In this document: positions 14,750-30,300 of the stretch, one piece after another
How the letters are laid out: each line of letters opens with the position of its first letter
Numbering within the stretch: position 1 is the first letter of the stretch
Assembly (NCBI GenBank): GCA_016748015.1
Contig: JAAOMT010000675.1
Location: forward strand, 124,001 to 188,000
Direction of reading: 5' to 3'
Source: Geosiphon pyriformis uo1
Taxonomy: Eukaryota > Fungi > Glomeromycota
DNA: 64,000 bases
Program-made: the position numbers and the translations under genes
Notes under the pieces: model-generated
Database searches by the model: none
What the model was told of the DNA's origin: nothing
Seen by the model: only the letters and a program-made list of their open reading frames with translations

Positions 14750-15480
14750 TTGTATTTTAATTAATTATTACCAATTTTAAAAAAAATAAGTTATATTTTT
14801 ATATATAATTTTGATTAATTAATTAAATAGAAACTAAAATACTTTTTTTTGTTTTTAAAAAATATTGTTAATTTTAATAGTATTTAAAAAATATTTATTA
14901 ACTATTAAAAATTTTTTGAATAAATAATTTTTATTTTAATATTTAATAAAACTATTAAAATTAATTTGGTAAAAATAGAATATAATTATATAAAAATATA
15001 AGATCAAAAATTAAATTGCCAAGAAATTTTTCAAATAAAACTATTTATTATTCTTTTTTTTATAATTTGAAATTTTTTAAATTAAGAATAAAGTAGTTTT
15101 TATATTAATTTTTTTAAATAATAAAAATATTTTGAATTAGTTGTTTAATTACAAATGTTTAAATTTGTAAGTGTTAAATTAACTCTTAATTAATTTTTTG
15201 GTTTATTTTGTAAAATTAAAAATCGAAATTAAAAATACATTTTTGGTTTTTCATGAATATTGTATTAATATATATTTTGTTTTATTAATAATATATTAAT
15301 ACTGAATGTTTTGGATTTATAGGTTTTCAAAATATATTTTGTTTACTTAAAAAATATAAAATAGCTTTTAAACAAAAAAAAGTGTTGTTTTAAATAAAAA
15401 TATTTTGATTTTAAAGTTTTAATACTAGTTTAATTCAAATTATTGTCTAAATTTTTGGCTAATAAAAGTTTATAAAATGT
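14750..15480 (+). mobile_element. Ghost LINE ORF2 fragment (post-RT region)
   Basis: 15015-15080 ttgccaagaaatttttcaaataaaactatttattattc...tataatttgaaattttt matches the LP.DFP..ALHH..LYGLK.F segment of the intact LINEs after C>T/G>A decay. Boundaries approximate. Confidence 0.45.
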
Positions 15481-16233
15481 TAAATTAATTTTTTAAATCA
15501 AAGAATATGCACAATTCAAATAATTTTTATGTAACTTATACTAATTTAAAAACTATTAATGTATTTACAAATAATTTTTTTAAGAACTTAGACTTTTTAA
15601 AAATTTTTAATAATATTGCTATTTTTTTTAATAATCTGAATTTAAATATAAAAATAGCTATTACAAATATAATTTTTTCTATTTTAATTGAACTACAAAT
15701 TATTGTTGTTATATTAAAATATGTATTTATATTAAATAAAATTTTAATAAATATAAATAATTAAACTGTATTAAATATGTGTATTTTAAGATATTTTTTA
15801 CTAAATCTAATTTTTATGTTAAATATTAATTAAAAAAATAGTATATAACAGATACTATATACAATAAATATTTATCAATTGTGTAGTCTAAAATTATAGA
15901 TTATTTGGTTTTGTTAAAAATAAATATACAAATAAACTAATCAATAATATGACTGCTTTATTTTTTTATTTTTTTATTTTAATTAATAATTAATAATTAA
16001 TATATAATAATTAAAGATATAATAATGTTTAGTAATATAAAGTATTTTGTTTATAATCTGTTTTGTTTAATTAAATATATATATTAGAAAATTTAAACTA
16101 AAAATAATAATATTTAATAATGATTTAATTAAATATGTATATATTTTTGGTTTGATAATTTATTTATATATAATTTTTAAGTATATAAACAAATTTTTAA
16201 TTGTTATAAAAAAATAATTATGTAACAGAATAT

Positions 16234-19200
16234 TATTATTAAAGATTTTTTGTTCTTTTTTTTTGTTGTTATTAATACTGTTTTTGCTATTTAATTTTGC
16301 TATTAATAAAAACTGGTAAATTTTTAATAAGCTAATTTTTCTTTCAAAGTATCTTTCTGTATTTTAAATTGTATATACTATTAGATTTATAATTAAATAA
16401 CCAGTTTTATGCCAATTATTTTATATAGTTACTTTATAGTAAAAATCAACTTTTTTACAAAAAGTTTTTATCTGTAAGTTTCTTAATAAATATGTAGTTA
16501 TTTTATTATAAAAGTTAATTTTTTTACAGAAAATCTTAATTATAAACTACTTAATAATATAAAATATAAAAAAAATAAAATAAATTAAATTAAAAAAAAT
16601 AAAAGATAAATTCAAAAAAATTATTTTCTAACAGTTATTAAAATTAATAGCTAATTAGTTTCAAAATATTAGTTTTTAATTTTATAAATTTCGAGTAATA
16701 ATAGTTAAAAATTTAAGTTTTTAAGATAAATTTTATTGAATTAATTTGTAAAAAAAATAATTTTAATTAAGATATCTAGTAAAAAATAATTTTAATTTAA
16801 AATATATTTTTTCAAAAATATAAAATTTTTTTTATACAACTTATTATAATACTATTTTATAATTTTTTTTTAATATTTTAGCAAACTAAAAATATATTTT
16901 GTTAAATTACAAGTTATTTTTATGAATTATTAAATATTTTATTAAATTTTTAATATTTTAGCAAATTTTTAAATATTATATAATTTGGTATATTACATGA
17001 TCTGATTATTATAATTTAATTATATTTGTGTTTTGTACAAATTAAATTATAAAAAACTTCTTTCTCTCTTACTCCAAAAGCACATTTTCTAAAAAAAAAG
17101 TTTTTTTATTTTTTCTTGTTAGTTTTTTCAACATTTCTTTAAATAATAACTCTTTCATCGTGGATTTAAAGGCTGTTTCAAGCAGTGATATGTCAAAAAA
17201 GAAGGCGTCCAAAAATGCTTTTCATGGTTTTGTTGGTAGTTCTTTCATTCAGAAAAAAAAAATGGTTCTTGGGAATGTTAAACACTCTGGTATTGAGAAG
17301 AATATCTCTTTGAGTAAATCTGGACCTGGTAATAGTGTGTATTCTGATGTGAATAGTCTGTCTGGTAATAATAAGGATGTTGGCATGACTGGTGTAAATG
17401 GTGGGTCTCTTTTGGGTTCAGCTACAACCACTCCCAAGACAAAATGTATCAATACTGGTATGGTGTTTGGCTTTCTACTTGGCTTTTTTGATTTTACTAT
17501 GGATGATGATAATATTGTGCTTCCTTCTTACTTGTTTATCTCTCTGGAAAAAAAATCCCAGTGGAAGTGTCAGTCAGGAAGTCTTTTGCTTTGGATATTA
17601 ATCTTTCAGCAGTGGATGGCAAATTTGCTACAGCTAAGACCCAGTTCATCAGAAAAATTTTCTCATTAGTCAATAGTTTTGGGAGGGCCACTATCCTCTC
17701 AAAATTTAAAGAAATCATCAGATCTACCTTTACATCAGAAAACAGCATAGAGAAAGCCATATTATTGGCCAAAGAAAAAGAGATTGTCATAAACACTGAT
17801 CTTAAGAGACAAGAAATTCATTCAGATTGGGCTGTGGTCATCAAGAAAATTCTCATAAACATGCCAAAGAATATGATCGTCGCTGCACTAGCTGAATTTG
17901 GTAAAATTAAGTCAATCAAAATTCAACTTATTGAATTGTGGCAAAAAGCTGTGGTAGAATTTGCTGAATTAGATCAGACTGAACAATTGGCTGCTAAATA
18001 GTCCTTTTTGATTGGTAAAAATTCGGTACATGTGACTATGACTATGAGTGATCATGAGACTTGGGCATCAAGAAACAGGTTCAGAGCTTTGCTGTTTACT
18101 TTGCCAGTGAGAACATCTGCTCATGATTTGGGCACTCTTTTGGATGGGGCTGGTGAAAAAACCTGTGTCATTAATCACTCAATAGATTCTGACAACTAGG
18201 TACACTGTGCTGTAGTTGGTTTTAAATCTGAAGAAGATTTGGAGTCTGCTTATCACACTGAGCTAATATTTGGTGATGTTAAATTATCTTGAACTAAATT
18301 GAACTTGGTTCACTGTGAAAAGTGTGGGCATTTTGGCCATTCTGTTCTGGAGTGTGATACATCAACTCCACTTATTTCTAAGTCCTCAAGACCTATTAGA
18401 AGAGTCTCTTTAGAAGACCATCATCTCCGGCTGGCAAAATTGTATGCTAGGAAGGGTGTTTTTATTTCTAAACTACTGCTTTTGGTGGCAAATTTTGGGT
18501 GCAAGTGGTCTCACTTGCTTCTCCTTCTAATGGCTCTTATTTCGACTCTGGTTTTGGGTCTGGTCTTTCTTTTTCTGGTTTTTCAAGTATTAAAAGAAGC
18601 CCACTGGTTGTTCAAGATGAATTTTCAATCAATGATTGTCTAGCTTTACTGGAATGTTCCTTAGAATTACTAGCTGATCAGGTGTTAAATATTGTGTGTA
18701 GATTAAATAGTATAGAGCTGGTGCTCTTGATGCCTATTACTCAAGTTGTACTTCCGGCTGCTTCTGTTTCTATATTGACATCACCTAATACTGATATGGT
18801 TTTGGATGTCTCATGGTTGTTTCTTTCTCCCTCTTTTTCAGTATTAGAAAACAAAGTGGTGGATTTGAGTCTGAGTAGTTCAAAAGTTTTTACCTCAAAA
18901 ATTGGCAGTTTGGAATCTAAGATAATGACTCTCAAAGTTTCTATTGGTTCAATCTTGGAGAAGTTAGATCTGTTGTATATAGATTCAGATTCTTTGGTGC
19001 ATCTTTTGCATCAATAAGTAAGCTTATTTGAAGAGTGGCTACATGCAATGTTAGGAGTATGTTAAATTTAGCTAAGTAGGAAGACATTGTTTGTTAGCAT
19101 AAGAATTCAGAAAATATGATTTTGATTGTTACTGAAACAAAATTGAGGTCTGATATTAAGCCTTGGATTATGAATAAATTTGATGGACTTTGGGTTTTTA

Positions 19201-22200
19201 CTTCTGATTTGGATGTTGGATTTCATGGTGCTGAGGTTGCCATAATTATAAAAAATTCTTTGGCTCAACATGTTTCGAAAGTGAATGAGATTCCTGGTCA
19301 TTTGATTTTTGTGCACCTTTTGTTCAAGAACAAGCTTTCAGTTATAATCTTAGGTCTGTACACTGGTGTATCTATTGGCACATGATTTAGTCAAGCTGCT
19401 AATATCAATTCTATGGTTTCTAAGGTGGTCAATTCCAGCTCTTTTGTGGTTTTGGGGTGGTGATTTTAATGAAAATAGCAAAAATACAAGTTTCAAGTTC
19501 TGTTTGGGTTTGGGCCTGGTTAATACTTTTGATGGATACTTATTGGTCAAGGCTTCCACCTAAAGCAATTCTAAAGATGTTAAGAAAGTAATTGATTTTA
19601 TTTTAGTGAGTGGAAATTTAGTATCTGCTCTGACATTGTATTTTGTCAATAGTATATTTGAGTTTTTTGATAGAAATCATAAGTTAGTTTTTATTTCAAT
19701 TGGTTTGGGTGGGCTATTGGATACACATTTTATTAACATTCACAGACAAGCCAACTATAACTGGTGGAAATTCAAATTAAAGAAAGCAGACAATGTTCAA
19801 TAGTTAAGCTTTGAAGACTGCTTTTTTGCCATGTTGTTAACTAAGTTAGACATGTTTGAAGAAACAAAAATCAATGATGACTTGAATACAATGTGGAAAA
19901 TGTTGGAAGAGGTTGTAATATGGACTGCTGACACAGTTTTCTCTAGGATCTAATATAGTGAATATGACTGTTCAAGGAATAAGCAATCTTCCAAATTCTT
20001 TAAATTGAAGCTGCTTGTTGTAAAGGTTGTGAAATGTTGAAACTCCAGTGATCTTCTGAATTTCAACTATCTTATTAAGGTCTGGTTGACTGTTGATGTA
20101 GTTGAAGCTTTTAAGGTTGATGGCATGGTTTTGAACAGTGTAAGCTCAATGGAGTTGATTAAACATTTATCAGTAATAAAAAAAGAGTATTATAAGTCCA
20201 AGTATTGCAAGTCTAAGGTTGCTAAGAATACTGCTATAAGAAAGGCAATTGACCATCATATGGAAAACTTCTGTTCTGACAAAGAAAAGATGATAAAAAG
20301 CATTTTAGAATGTCTATTTTGCAAAGTGGTTTTAGATCACTTGGTAGTGAATTATGAGCTGGTAATTGTGTCTAATGAAGTAAAGCTCAAGGTTGATAAA
20401 ATTATGGAAAAGTAGACAAGAAAGCAATCAATTCTTCCAAAAATACTTGACCTCTGGACTTGTCAATATATGCTTCTAAATTATGTAGATGATAATGCTT
20501 TCTCTGGTACAATGAATGAAATTGGTATAGAAGAATTGTTTCTGGTTGTAGATAATTTGCCAAACAATAAAGCAGCTGGATTATCAGAAATATCTAATGA
20601 ACTTTGGAAGCATTGTGGTGAGGAGGTTTTGGTCTGTCTTTTGAAATTGTTGAATTTGTGTTTGAGTATGAGTGCAGTTTCTGATCTGTGGAAAGAAGCA
20701 TGGGTTTTAATGATTCCAAAACCTTATAAATGGAATGATGTTTTGACTAATACTAGACCTATTGTATTAGTCAAAACAGCATGCAAAATACTATCTAAGA
20801 TTTTATCTGATTGGATATCTTTGGCTTGTAACAAGTTTAATGTTCTTTGTGATGACAATTTTTCAGTGTTGAAGGGTACTTTGACCCAGTTTCTTATTTT
20901 TGCTATTGGCTCAGTTGTTAAAGATGCTCTGGAAAAAAACAGAGAGCTTTGGTTAGTGCTGCAGGATATGTGCAAAACCTATGATTCAGTAAGTTAGCAT
21001 CATTTGCGAGTGAGCTTGTGCTGTATCAAAATGTGTGAATGTTTTATCCAATTTTTTGGCAATATTTATGAAAACCAGGTTAACAAAGTAATGACCAACT
21101 TTGGATTGTTAAATGATTATAGAGTACATAATGGGTTGGATCAAAGAGAAGTCTTTTCCTTACTGCTTTGAAGAATATTTTATGATCCATTTTTGTGTGA
21201 AGTGAAAAAGCATGAGCACTTATGTGAATATAGAATTGATTTTAAGTTTATAGTGAAGTCTAGCAGGATTGAGACAAGTGGAGGAAAAACTTTCTTTTTG
21301 GCTGCAAGCATTTTTGTTGATGATATAATTTGGGTCAGAAGTAGTCAGGCATCTATGCAGTATATTTTGAACATTGTTAGTAAATTTTTTGTGATCAATG
21401 ACATCTTAATTAATAATAATAAGACGGTTATAATTCCTATTAATCAGGGAGTTAAGGATGCTTTGCTATTAATTAATGGATTGCCAATTTTGATTGCTAA
21501 AAAGGATGAGTCACACTAATATCTAGGTATCTTTTTGTTAACTAAGGGTCTCTCTAAGTCCAGTTTGGCTCAAGCCCATAAGGATGTTAGGCTTTTTTCT
21601 AATATAGTGTTAAGAAAAACTATTACAGATAAACAATTCTGTTATTTGGTTTTGGTGGTTTTGCAACCTATTGTTAGCTATTGTATACAGTTCAGTTTTA
21701 TTATGTTAGATGTGTGTTATAAGTGAGATATTATAATTAAAAAAGATCTTAGAGCTAAAGCTGGTTTACCATGTGACTTTCCCAGTGAGGTCTTGCACCA
21801 CTCTTTTTTATATGGTTTGAAGCTCTTTGAGCAAGTACAGTCTGAAAGAAAGCTGGCATCACTGATTTTATTTTCTAATGACCACAGCATTCTTGGATGT
21901 TTATTTGATTATAGATTTTTGGATTTGCAAGTTCTGAAATGGTCTCCTCTGAATCCTTTGCAATTTTCTGTTAAATTGCATATTAGTCCTGTTAACAATT
22001 TTTTGGCAGAGGTGGTGAAGATTTTTTTGGAGAATGAATTATCTTTAGTGAACAATTTATCTTGTGTCTTTCATAAGTCTGGTGATTTTCCAATGTCTGG
22101 CATTCTGAATCAGTCTTTGTATTACAAATCTATTTTTTTATTAAAGTGTTTTGGTATTGCTTTTGGTGACAAAATTCTTGACAAGAAAGAAAAGGTAATG

Positions 22201-23975
22201 GACTGGAAAACATTTTGATATTGGAAGTGATTGAATCCGAGAGGCCCTGTGCCTTACTGGTTTTTTTTGATGTCTGATTTTATGAACAATTCTATTTTTT
22301 TGGGAATCAGAGCTGCTATTGCTACTAAGGAGAATGTGCTAAGTGTTTTGGATTTTGATGAGATCTCTGAAGTTTGTAATAGTCTACTGGAGGTGTGGTC
22401 TGATTGTATTGAGATTTATACAGATGAGTTCTTGAAATGTGCTGGTTCTGTTAAGGCAGCAGATAGAGCAGCTGCATACTTCCTGGCTGTGAACACAGGC
22501 ATTGGAGTTAAGGTTACTGGACTTTTGTCTTCTACTTTAACTGAATTGCAAGCTGTGGTGTTAGCTTTGGAGTGTGTTCCATCTTTATGCTTAGTGGTTT
22601 TGTACTCGGATAATCAATCTGTGATTGATGCCTGCATTTCCGAGGCTTTTTTAACTACATCTGACTTCCATAACCAATGTTAGATTAAAAGATTGCAAAT
22701 TGTCAATCTCCTTAAAGACAAGAATATTTCAATCAAGTTGGTGAAGATTAAAGAACATTTAGATATATTGGGCAACATAAAAGCTGATGTGCTGGCTAAT
22801 AAGACTACTTTCTTGTCTTTTTTTTTGCCAGTTAAAATTTAGGAGAGGTTTCTGGTCACTGAAAAGACTGCCATATCTGGCAATGTTTGTTATTTTGCTC
22901 GGAACTTACACCAGTCAATATGCCATATTCATTGGGAGGCTAGTCTGGGTTTTAATATAGTTCTGGATTTTATGATTAAAGAAATAGATTAAAATGCCAC
23001 TATAACAATTTGGCATCCTGATTCGCACATGCTTTCTGAGTTCACCAGTAGGAAATCAGCCAATTTATACATGTATTTGATGAAGACTGTATATAAGCAG
23101 CTGCCAGTTGCAGTTAGAAAAAGATTATATAACAAAGATTATTCTGGTGTTTTGTGTTTGCTGTGTGACAAAATGGAGTTTTTTAATCATGTTTTTGCTT
23201 GTTCTGGTAACTCTGGCCTCCATGGAAACATTTTGGTTGAAGCTGCTGAAAAATAGATGTCAATGTCTGGTCTTTCAAGTTTGTTTCCATCTGCTATTCT
23301 GCTTTTGCTCTCATCATGTTCTTCAGATGTGAGTCTTTATACAGCAGTATGCAAGAATTTTGTAATGAGAAATTGGTATGCTGAGGCTGTTTCAGTTTTT
23401 GAGGGAAAAAAAAGCTACTCAGACCCTTGTAAAATACATCAGATTTGTGGTGGAGTTACAGCACACTCGAATATAGACTTTTAGGGCCAAGCATAGAGTG
23501 GAAATGGAAAAGACTGATTTGGCTGAAGATAATGGTATGGTTTTTGGCTTGTCCAGCTGTGTGGTTTCTATGTTGTCGGCTGGTGTTGTCTATATGCTTG
23601 GTGTTATAGAATTTTTTGCTGTTAAATTTGCAAAGTGCAAATTGTGTTGTTTTTCTCTGGTTTGGATGGTGATGCTTTTGTTATCATAGATGTGTAGTGT
23701 TGTCTTGTCTGGCCTGAGTGGCTGACCACATATAGTCTGTGTGTAAGCTGCATTTAGTTGGTTCTACTTAGTTTGGTTCTATGTACTAAATAGCAGTTGG
23801 ATTTCATTCGTAAAACTTGTAATAAAAAAAAATTTAAATTATTAATTAAATGATAATTTAAATAATTTAACAAAATAATAAGTAATAAACTGAAATAATA
23901 ATATATTTTAATTAATAATAAAAATTATAAAAATAATTTCATGTTAATTAATAACTTAATTTTTTGTTAATAATA
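16234..23975 (-). mobile_element. Degraded solo LTR of the Gypsy family, split by a LINE (pieces 16234-17050 and 23831-23975)
   Basis: Both pieces align to the reverse complement of LTR 57489-58458. Mutated termini tattattaa/ttaataata; 4-bp TSD ATAT (16230-16233, 23976-23979). Confidence 0.8.
17051..23832 (+). mobile_element. LINE retrotransposon copy 1 (ORF1 RRM-like + CCHC; ORF2 APE-RT-RNase H-CCHC), inactivated by many stops
   Basis: ORF1 CEKCGHFGHSVLEC; APE IVTETKL, GGDFNE; RT LQDMCKTYDSV, FVDD; RNase H IYTD, ELQA; poly(A) at 23824-23832; approximate 12-bp TSD aaattaaattat/aatttaaattat. Confidence 0.92.
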
Positions 23976-24370
23976 ATATATTCTAATATTATGTGATTTT
24001 TTTGTAAAAAAATAAAGTTTTTACATCATATTTTTATATGTAATGTTAATTTAAATAAATATAAAACATACTAATTAAGCATATTATTAAATAGAAATTA
24101 ATAATTAATGTTTGTTTTATTTTATTTTTTGTGTTATAAATATTTTTTTATAATATAATAAATACAAATTTATATATAACTTTGTATAAAAGTATGATTT
24201 TTAAATTTTGATTTAAGAAAATTGTTTTATTTTGTAATAATATTAAAAATATTATTTTTATAATAATAAATTTTATTAAAAAACACCAAAATTTTGTGTA
24301 ACTACATAAGTTCAAATTTAGAATTAGTATAAAAAATCTGGTATAATATAAAATAATAATTTAATTAATA

Positions 24371-27300
24371 TTTTATTAACACATTTAACGAGTATAGCCC
24401 AATCACTATCTAGTACATAGAGCCAAACTAAAAGGCTCAAACTAAATACGACTCACGCACTTTCTACATGTGGCTAGCCACTCAGGCCAGACAAGGCAAC
24501 ACTACACACCTATAATAACTCGCACACTGCCACCCAGACCAGAAAAGAAACAATAAGGCTTCCGATGACCAAAGCTAACAGCAAAAGAATTGGCCACACC
24601 AAGCAATCTTACAACACCATTAAACAAAACTGAAGACACACCACGAGAGAGCCCAGAAACAACACCACTGTCACAAACCAGACCAGCCTTCTCCATCACC
24701 ATCCGATGACTGGCCCTAGCCAACCACACTTTAGCACAATGTAGCTCAACCACAAACCTGACATAATCAATGATCTGAGTAGCTGCCACCTTTTTATCCT
24801 CAAAAATACTGCAAGCTTCCTCATATCACTCCCCCAGCACAAACCCTTTGCAAACCAAAGTGTACAACCCAACATCAATGAAACATTGAGACAAAACTTG
24901 CAACACAGCAGAAGCAGAGAAACCGCTAGCCAAAGCTGACCAATGGGCAGAAGCCTCAGCCAAAATCTCACCACGAACGCCAGACTCATGAACACAAGTA
25001 AAGATGTAGTCAGAAAACTCCACCCCACCACAAAACAAACATAATACACTAGAGTAGCACTTATCATACAATCTTTTTCTTATCACCACTAGCAATCTTC
25101 TGTGCACAGCCTTTATAATATAAGTGCGAAGTGTTAAGAATACCCGGCTAGTGAACCCAGTGAGCATATGAGAATCAGAATGTCACACCTTTGCCGTGAC
25201 AACCCAGTCTATGCAACCAATCATCACATCTGGAACCACATTACAACCAGACCCAGCTTCCCAATGAACACAACAAACAGACCGAAAAATATTCCTGACA
25301 AAATGACGGGCATTACCAGAAACAGTGACATCCTCAGCAACCAAAAAATATTCACGCACATTGACACAAAGGGAAAAGGGAGATTCAGAGACAGCCCCAG
25401 CAGCCAAGCCAGCTTCCACATTACCAGGAATCTCAGAGTGGCCTTTTATCTTAACCCAACTCACACTAAGATCCTTATTCCTGACCAACTTGAAAATATG
25501 ATGCCTCTCCAGCCAGCATTAATTACGGAAATCAGAGACGACCAAAGACATCTCAGACACATATGTGTCAATAGCAGCCTGGCTGTCAAGACATAATACC
25601 ACAGTACTTGAAAAAGGAACACACTCCAAAGCCAAAGCAACAGTCTGCAATTTGGCTATAGTAGATGACAAAAGGCCACTAACAGTGATACCAATGCTCT
25701 TATCCAAGACCGGAAAGTATGCAGCAGCACTACAGATGACCTCAACAGAGCCTGCATTCCTCAAAGACCCATCTGTAAAAACTTCAAAAAAGCCCGACCA
25801 AATGTCATGCAATCCATCTTTTACCGCAGAAAATTCTCCAGACTCCAAAATGTCCAAACCAAGCTTTTCCGCAGAGCCAATAGAACCAGAAAATGAACAA
25901 CTTTGACTCTTCAAAAACTCAGAAGAAACCAAGAACCAATAAGGCACAGGACCACGCAGATCCAATCTCTTCCAACAACAAAAAGTTTTTCAATCCAACA
26001 AAACACCTTTTTTATCAAAAAGCCAATCACCAAAAGTGACACCAAAGCATCTAAGAAATTTGACCGAGTCAAAATATAGAGACTTTCCAAGAATAGAGAA
26101 CAATGAAAAATGACCAGGATTACGAAATGCAGTGGGAAGGTTGTTCACCAAAAAAAGCTTATTGCCCAAAAAAATCTTCACCATCTCAGCCAAGAAATTG
26201 TTCACTGGACTAACATGCAACCTGATTGAAAACTGCAAAGGATCCAAAGGAGCCCAACCAAGAACCTGCAGATCCAAAAACCTATGTCTAAACAAATGCC
26301 CAAGAATACCAAAGGCATTAGAAAACATTATTAGAGCAGCAACCTTCCTCTCTGACTGCACCTGCTCAAAAAGCTTCAGGCCATACAATGAGGGATGATG
26401 CAAAGCAGTGTCAGAAAAATCACAGGGGAGACAAGCCTTAAACCTAAGACTCTTTCTAATCAAGACATCCCACTTGCGACAAACATTAGCAAAGACAAAA
26501 CTGAACTGAATACAATAGCTAACAATAGGCTGCAAAACAGCCGACACCAGATAGGAGAACTGTTTATCTGTAATAGCTTTTCTAAGCACAACATTGACAA
26601 AAAAACACACATCCACATAAGCCTTGACAACATTTGGCTTGGAGAGCCTCTCGGTTGACAGAAAAATACCTAGATACCAATGTGCTTCCCCTTTTTTGGC
26701 AATAGAAATTGGCTGACCATAAATGCTCAGTAAAGCAACTTTAACACCCTGATTGATGGGAATAGCTACTGTCTTCTCACTGTTGATAGAAATATCATTG
26801 ATCACAAAAAATTCACTGGCAATATTCAAAGCATATTGAGTAAAAGCCTGACAATTCCCAACTCAGATCATATCATCAACAAATGCACCAGCCGAAAAAT
26901 ACGATATTAAACCACTACCGCTCTCAATTCTGCCAGACTTTGAAACAAACTTAGTATCAATCCAGTACCCATACAATTGTTCATGCCTCTTAACCTTACA
27001 CAAAAGTGGATCATAAAAAATTCTCCACAGAAGCGGCAAAAAAACCTCACTCTGATCCAGCCTATTATGCACCTTATAATCACCAGACAAACCAAAGTCA
27101 GTCTTTACCCTATTAACTCTATCCTCATGAATACCACCAAAAAACCTTATGAACCTCTCACACATCTTGACATGCTGCAAACTAGCTCTTAAATAATGCC
27201 ACCCAACTGAATCATAAGCTTTCTGCATATCCTGCAAGACCAACCATAACTCCTTATTCTTCTCCATGGCATCCTCAATCACCAAACCGACAGCAAACAC

Positions 27301-30300
27301 TGGAGATTGTGTGGATGTACCCTTCAGCACCGAAAAATTGTTACCTCGAAGAACATTGAACTTGCTACAAGCCATTGAAATACGATCAGACAGAATCTTG
27401 GAAAGAATCTTCCTGGCAGTCTCAATCAAAGCAATGGGCCAAGTGTTTGTAAGAACTCCATCTCAGTCATAAGGCTTAGGAATCATTGACACTCAAGTCC
27501 TCTTCCACAAAACAGGCACTATACCAACAGACAAACACTTATTAAACAGTGCCAATAAGCACCCCAAAACCACCTCACCACCATGTTTCCACAACTCATT
27601 AGGAACACCAGACAAACCAGCAGTCTTGCCATCAGGCAGACTACCAACAACAGAAAGTAACTCACCCATACTGATTGCACTCATAACACCTGAAAAGGCA
27701 TCATCCCACACATGGTCCAAAAGTGCGTACTGTCGAGTCCAAAAATCAGGAAGCTCTGACTGCACAGAGCATTTCCTCGTCCACCTTTCTATTATCTTAT
27801 CCATGCTCGACTTCACCTCTTCAGGCAACAAAACCAGATCATTATCAACTATCAAGTGATTCAACACCACCTTGTGAAAAGGCTTTTTCAACACACTCCT
27901 GATCATACTACCCTTATCCGAACAGAAATTATCTATGCACTTCTCAATCACCTTTCTAACCAAAGCTTCCTCAGCCAATCTTGACTCAAACATCTTCGAC
28001 CTTCTGTAATCTCTGCAAACCAATGACAAATGCCTAACAACAACATCAGATTTAACTCCTGAGCCAACCAAGTCCTTGAAAGCACAAGCCTTTGCATCAT
28101 CCAGAGTCAACCATTTACTCATAAAACAATTAGTACCCAGCAAATCACCTGAGCAAAATTTCTTGACAATCTTAGCCACCAACAATTTCAGACCAAAGAA
28201 CTTAGAAGAATGTTTGTTTCTTGAACACTTAAATTCACTAAACCAATGCCTCAAAAATGTCACATCAGCAGAATCTACCACAGCCCCCACCAAAACTGCT
28301 CACATAGCATCCACATCACCATGTATTTCAGCACCAGAGAAAACCTCACCCAAAGACAAGAGTTTTGCCAAAGAGAGATCCTTAAACTTAGCCCATCCAG
28401 CACAGTCAGCATTTTTGATTTTAAACTTCCAACAATCTTTATTTGTCTGCTTGCACAAACTATTCAATTGTACATCCAGAAGTCCACCCAAACTGACCGA
28501 AACCACAACTGCCCTGTGATCAGTGTCAAAGAAATCTGAAACAGAAACAACTTGATGACCAGCAACAGCAGAAGACAAATTACCACCAACAAAAATATAA
28601 TCAATCGTTTTTCCAACTTCTCTCGAATTGCTCCACGTATGAGAATTAGCCAAATAATGACCAACAAATGAATTAACCAAACCCAAACTCAAACAAAACT
28701 TAAAACTAGCACTTTTACCAGATCCATTCTCATTAAAGTCCCCACCCAAGATAACAAAATTGCTGGAGTTAACAGCCTTTGCAATGAGAGAGTTAACTTC
28801 AGAAGCCTGACCAAACCTAGCTCCAGAAGAGACACCAGCATACAACCCCAAAACAGTAATCAATAGTCTGCTTTTAAACAAGAGCCGAACAGAAACAACC
28901 CGACCAGGAATCTCCTCCACCTTAAACACATGACAAGCCAAAGAAATGTTCATAATAATTGCAACTCCAGCACCCATAAAACCTTTATCCAATCTTGAAG
29001 AAAAAATTCACACTCCATTAAATTTATCCTTTATCTATGGCCCAGAAGAGGACCTCAACTTTGTCTCAGTGATAAAAGAAACCATGTTTCTCAAGTTTAC
29101 ATGCCAACGAACAATATCTGCTTGCTTCGCAGAAACATTGATACCCTGAACATTGCACATAGCAAATTTCCAAACCAAACTACTCATTGAGACAAAGGAA
29201 GAGCTGACGAACTTAATCCAGAATGCAAATGATTCAATCTACCCAAAACTGAGCAAATTAAAGCCTCCAGAGCCACCATATTCGACTCCAAACTGCCAAT
29301 CTTAGCAGTCAAAACCTTAGAACTGCTCGAACTGAAGTCAACAAATGACTTACCAACGTTGAAGAGAGAGGAGACAAATGATGACAACATACTATCTGAA
29401 GCCAAACCTGAGTCCATATCTGAAACAACGGTAGTTGGAGACACTAAAAAAAGAGCTGAGAGAAGGGGCGCCAATGACACCAAGTCAATGAAACTCAATT
29501 TCTTCAAAATAAGTGAGACCTAATCCAAGAGAATTTCCATAGAGCATTCCAGTACAGCCAGTTGACCACCCAAATCAATGGCACCAGATGAGGAAAAATT
29601 CATTGAGAAAGCTTTCGAACCAGAGATCAAACCAACACCAGGAGCACCTGAAGAGACAACACAAGAAGGAGAACCGCCTGCCACTTGGGCCTATGTCTTT
29701 CCACCAAAAGAAACTGGGCGAACAATTGGCACCTGCTTCTTTCTATAAATATTGGCCAACCGCACCCTATTCTGAGAAGTCACCACATGTTTCTCATGAC
29801 CACCAGACCCCCTACCCACAGAACAGTTAACAGCAATATGATTAAACAGTTTGTAATAAGTGCAACTGACCAAAGAAAGACCAGTCCAACGCAAGCCCAC
29901 ACCCTTAAAGGCCGGAACCAAACCAATAGTAGCCAACTTGGATGCCTCACTTTCAAAACAAATTACAGCACACTGATCATAAACATATGAAGTTGGATTA
30001 TGGTCTATAAAACAAGTTTTTCCATCATAAGCCTCCACCAATTCAGACAAATCATGAGCAGTTGTGCCAATTAGAAGAGTATACAACAAAGCCCGAAACC
30101 TATCCCTTGATACCCATGATTGTTTATCATCAACAGTCTTTGCCACACGAACAGAATTTTTTCCCACAAAAACAAACCATCTAGCTGCGACCAAATCAGC
30201 TACCTCCAATGATTCAAATTCCACCAGAGTCTTTTGCCAAAGACCAATGAGCTGCATCTTGATTGATACAATTTTTCCAAATTTAGAAAACACCGTCTTA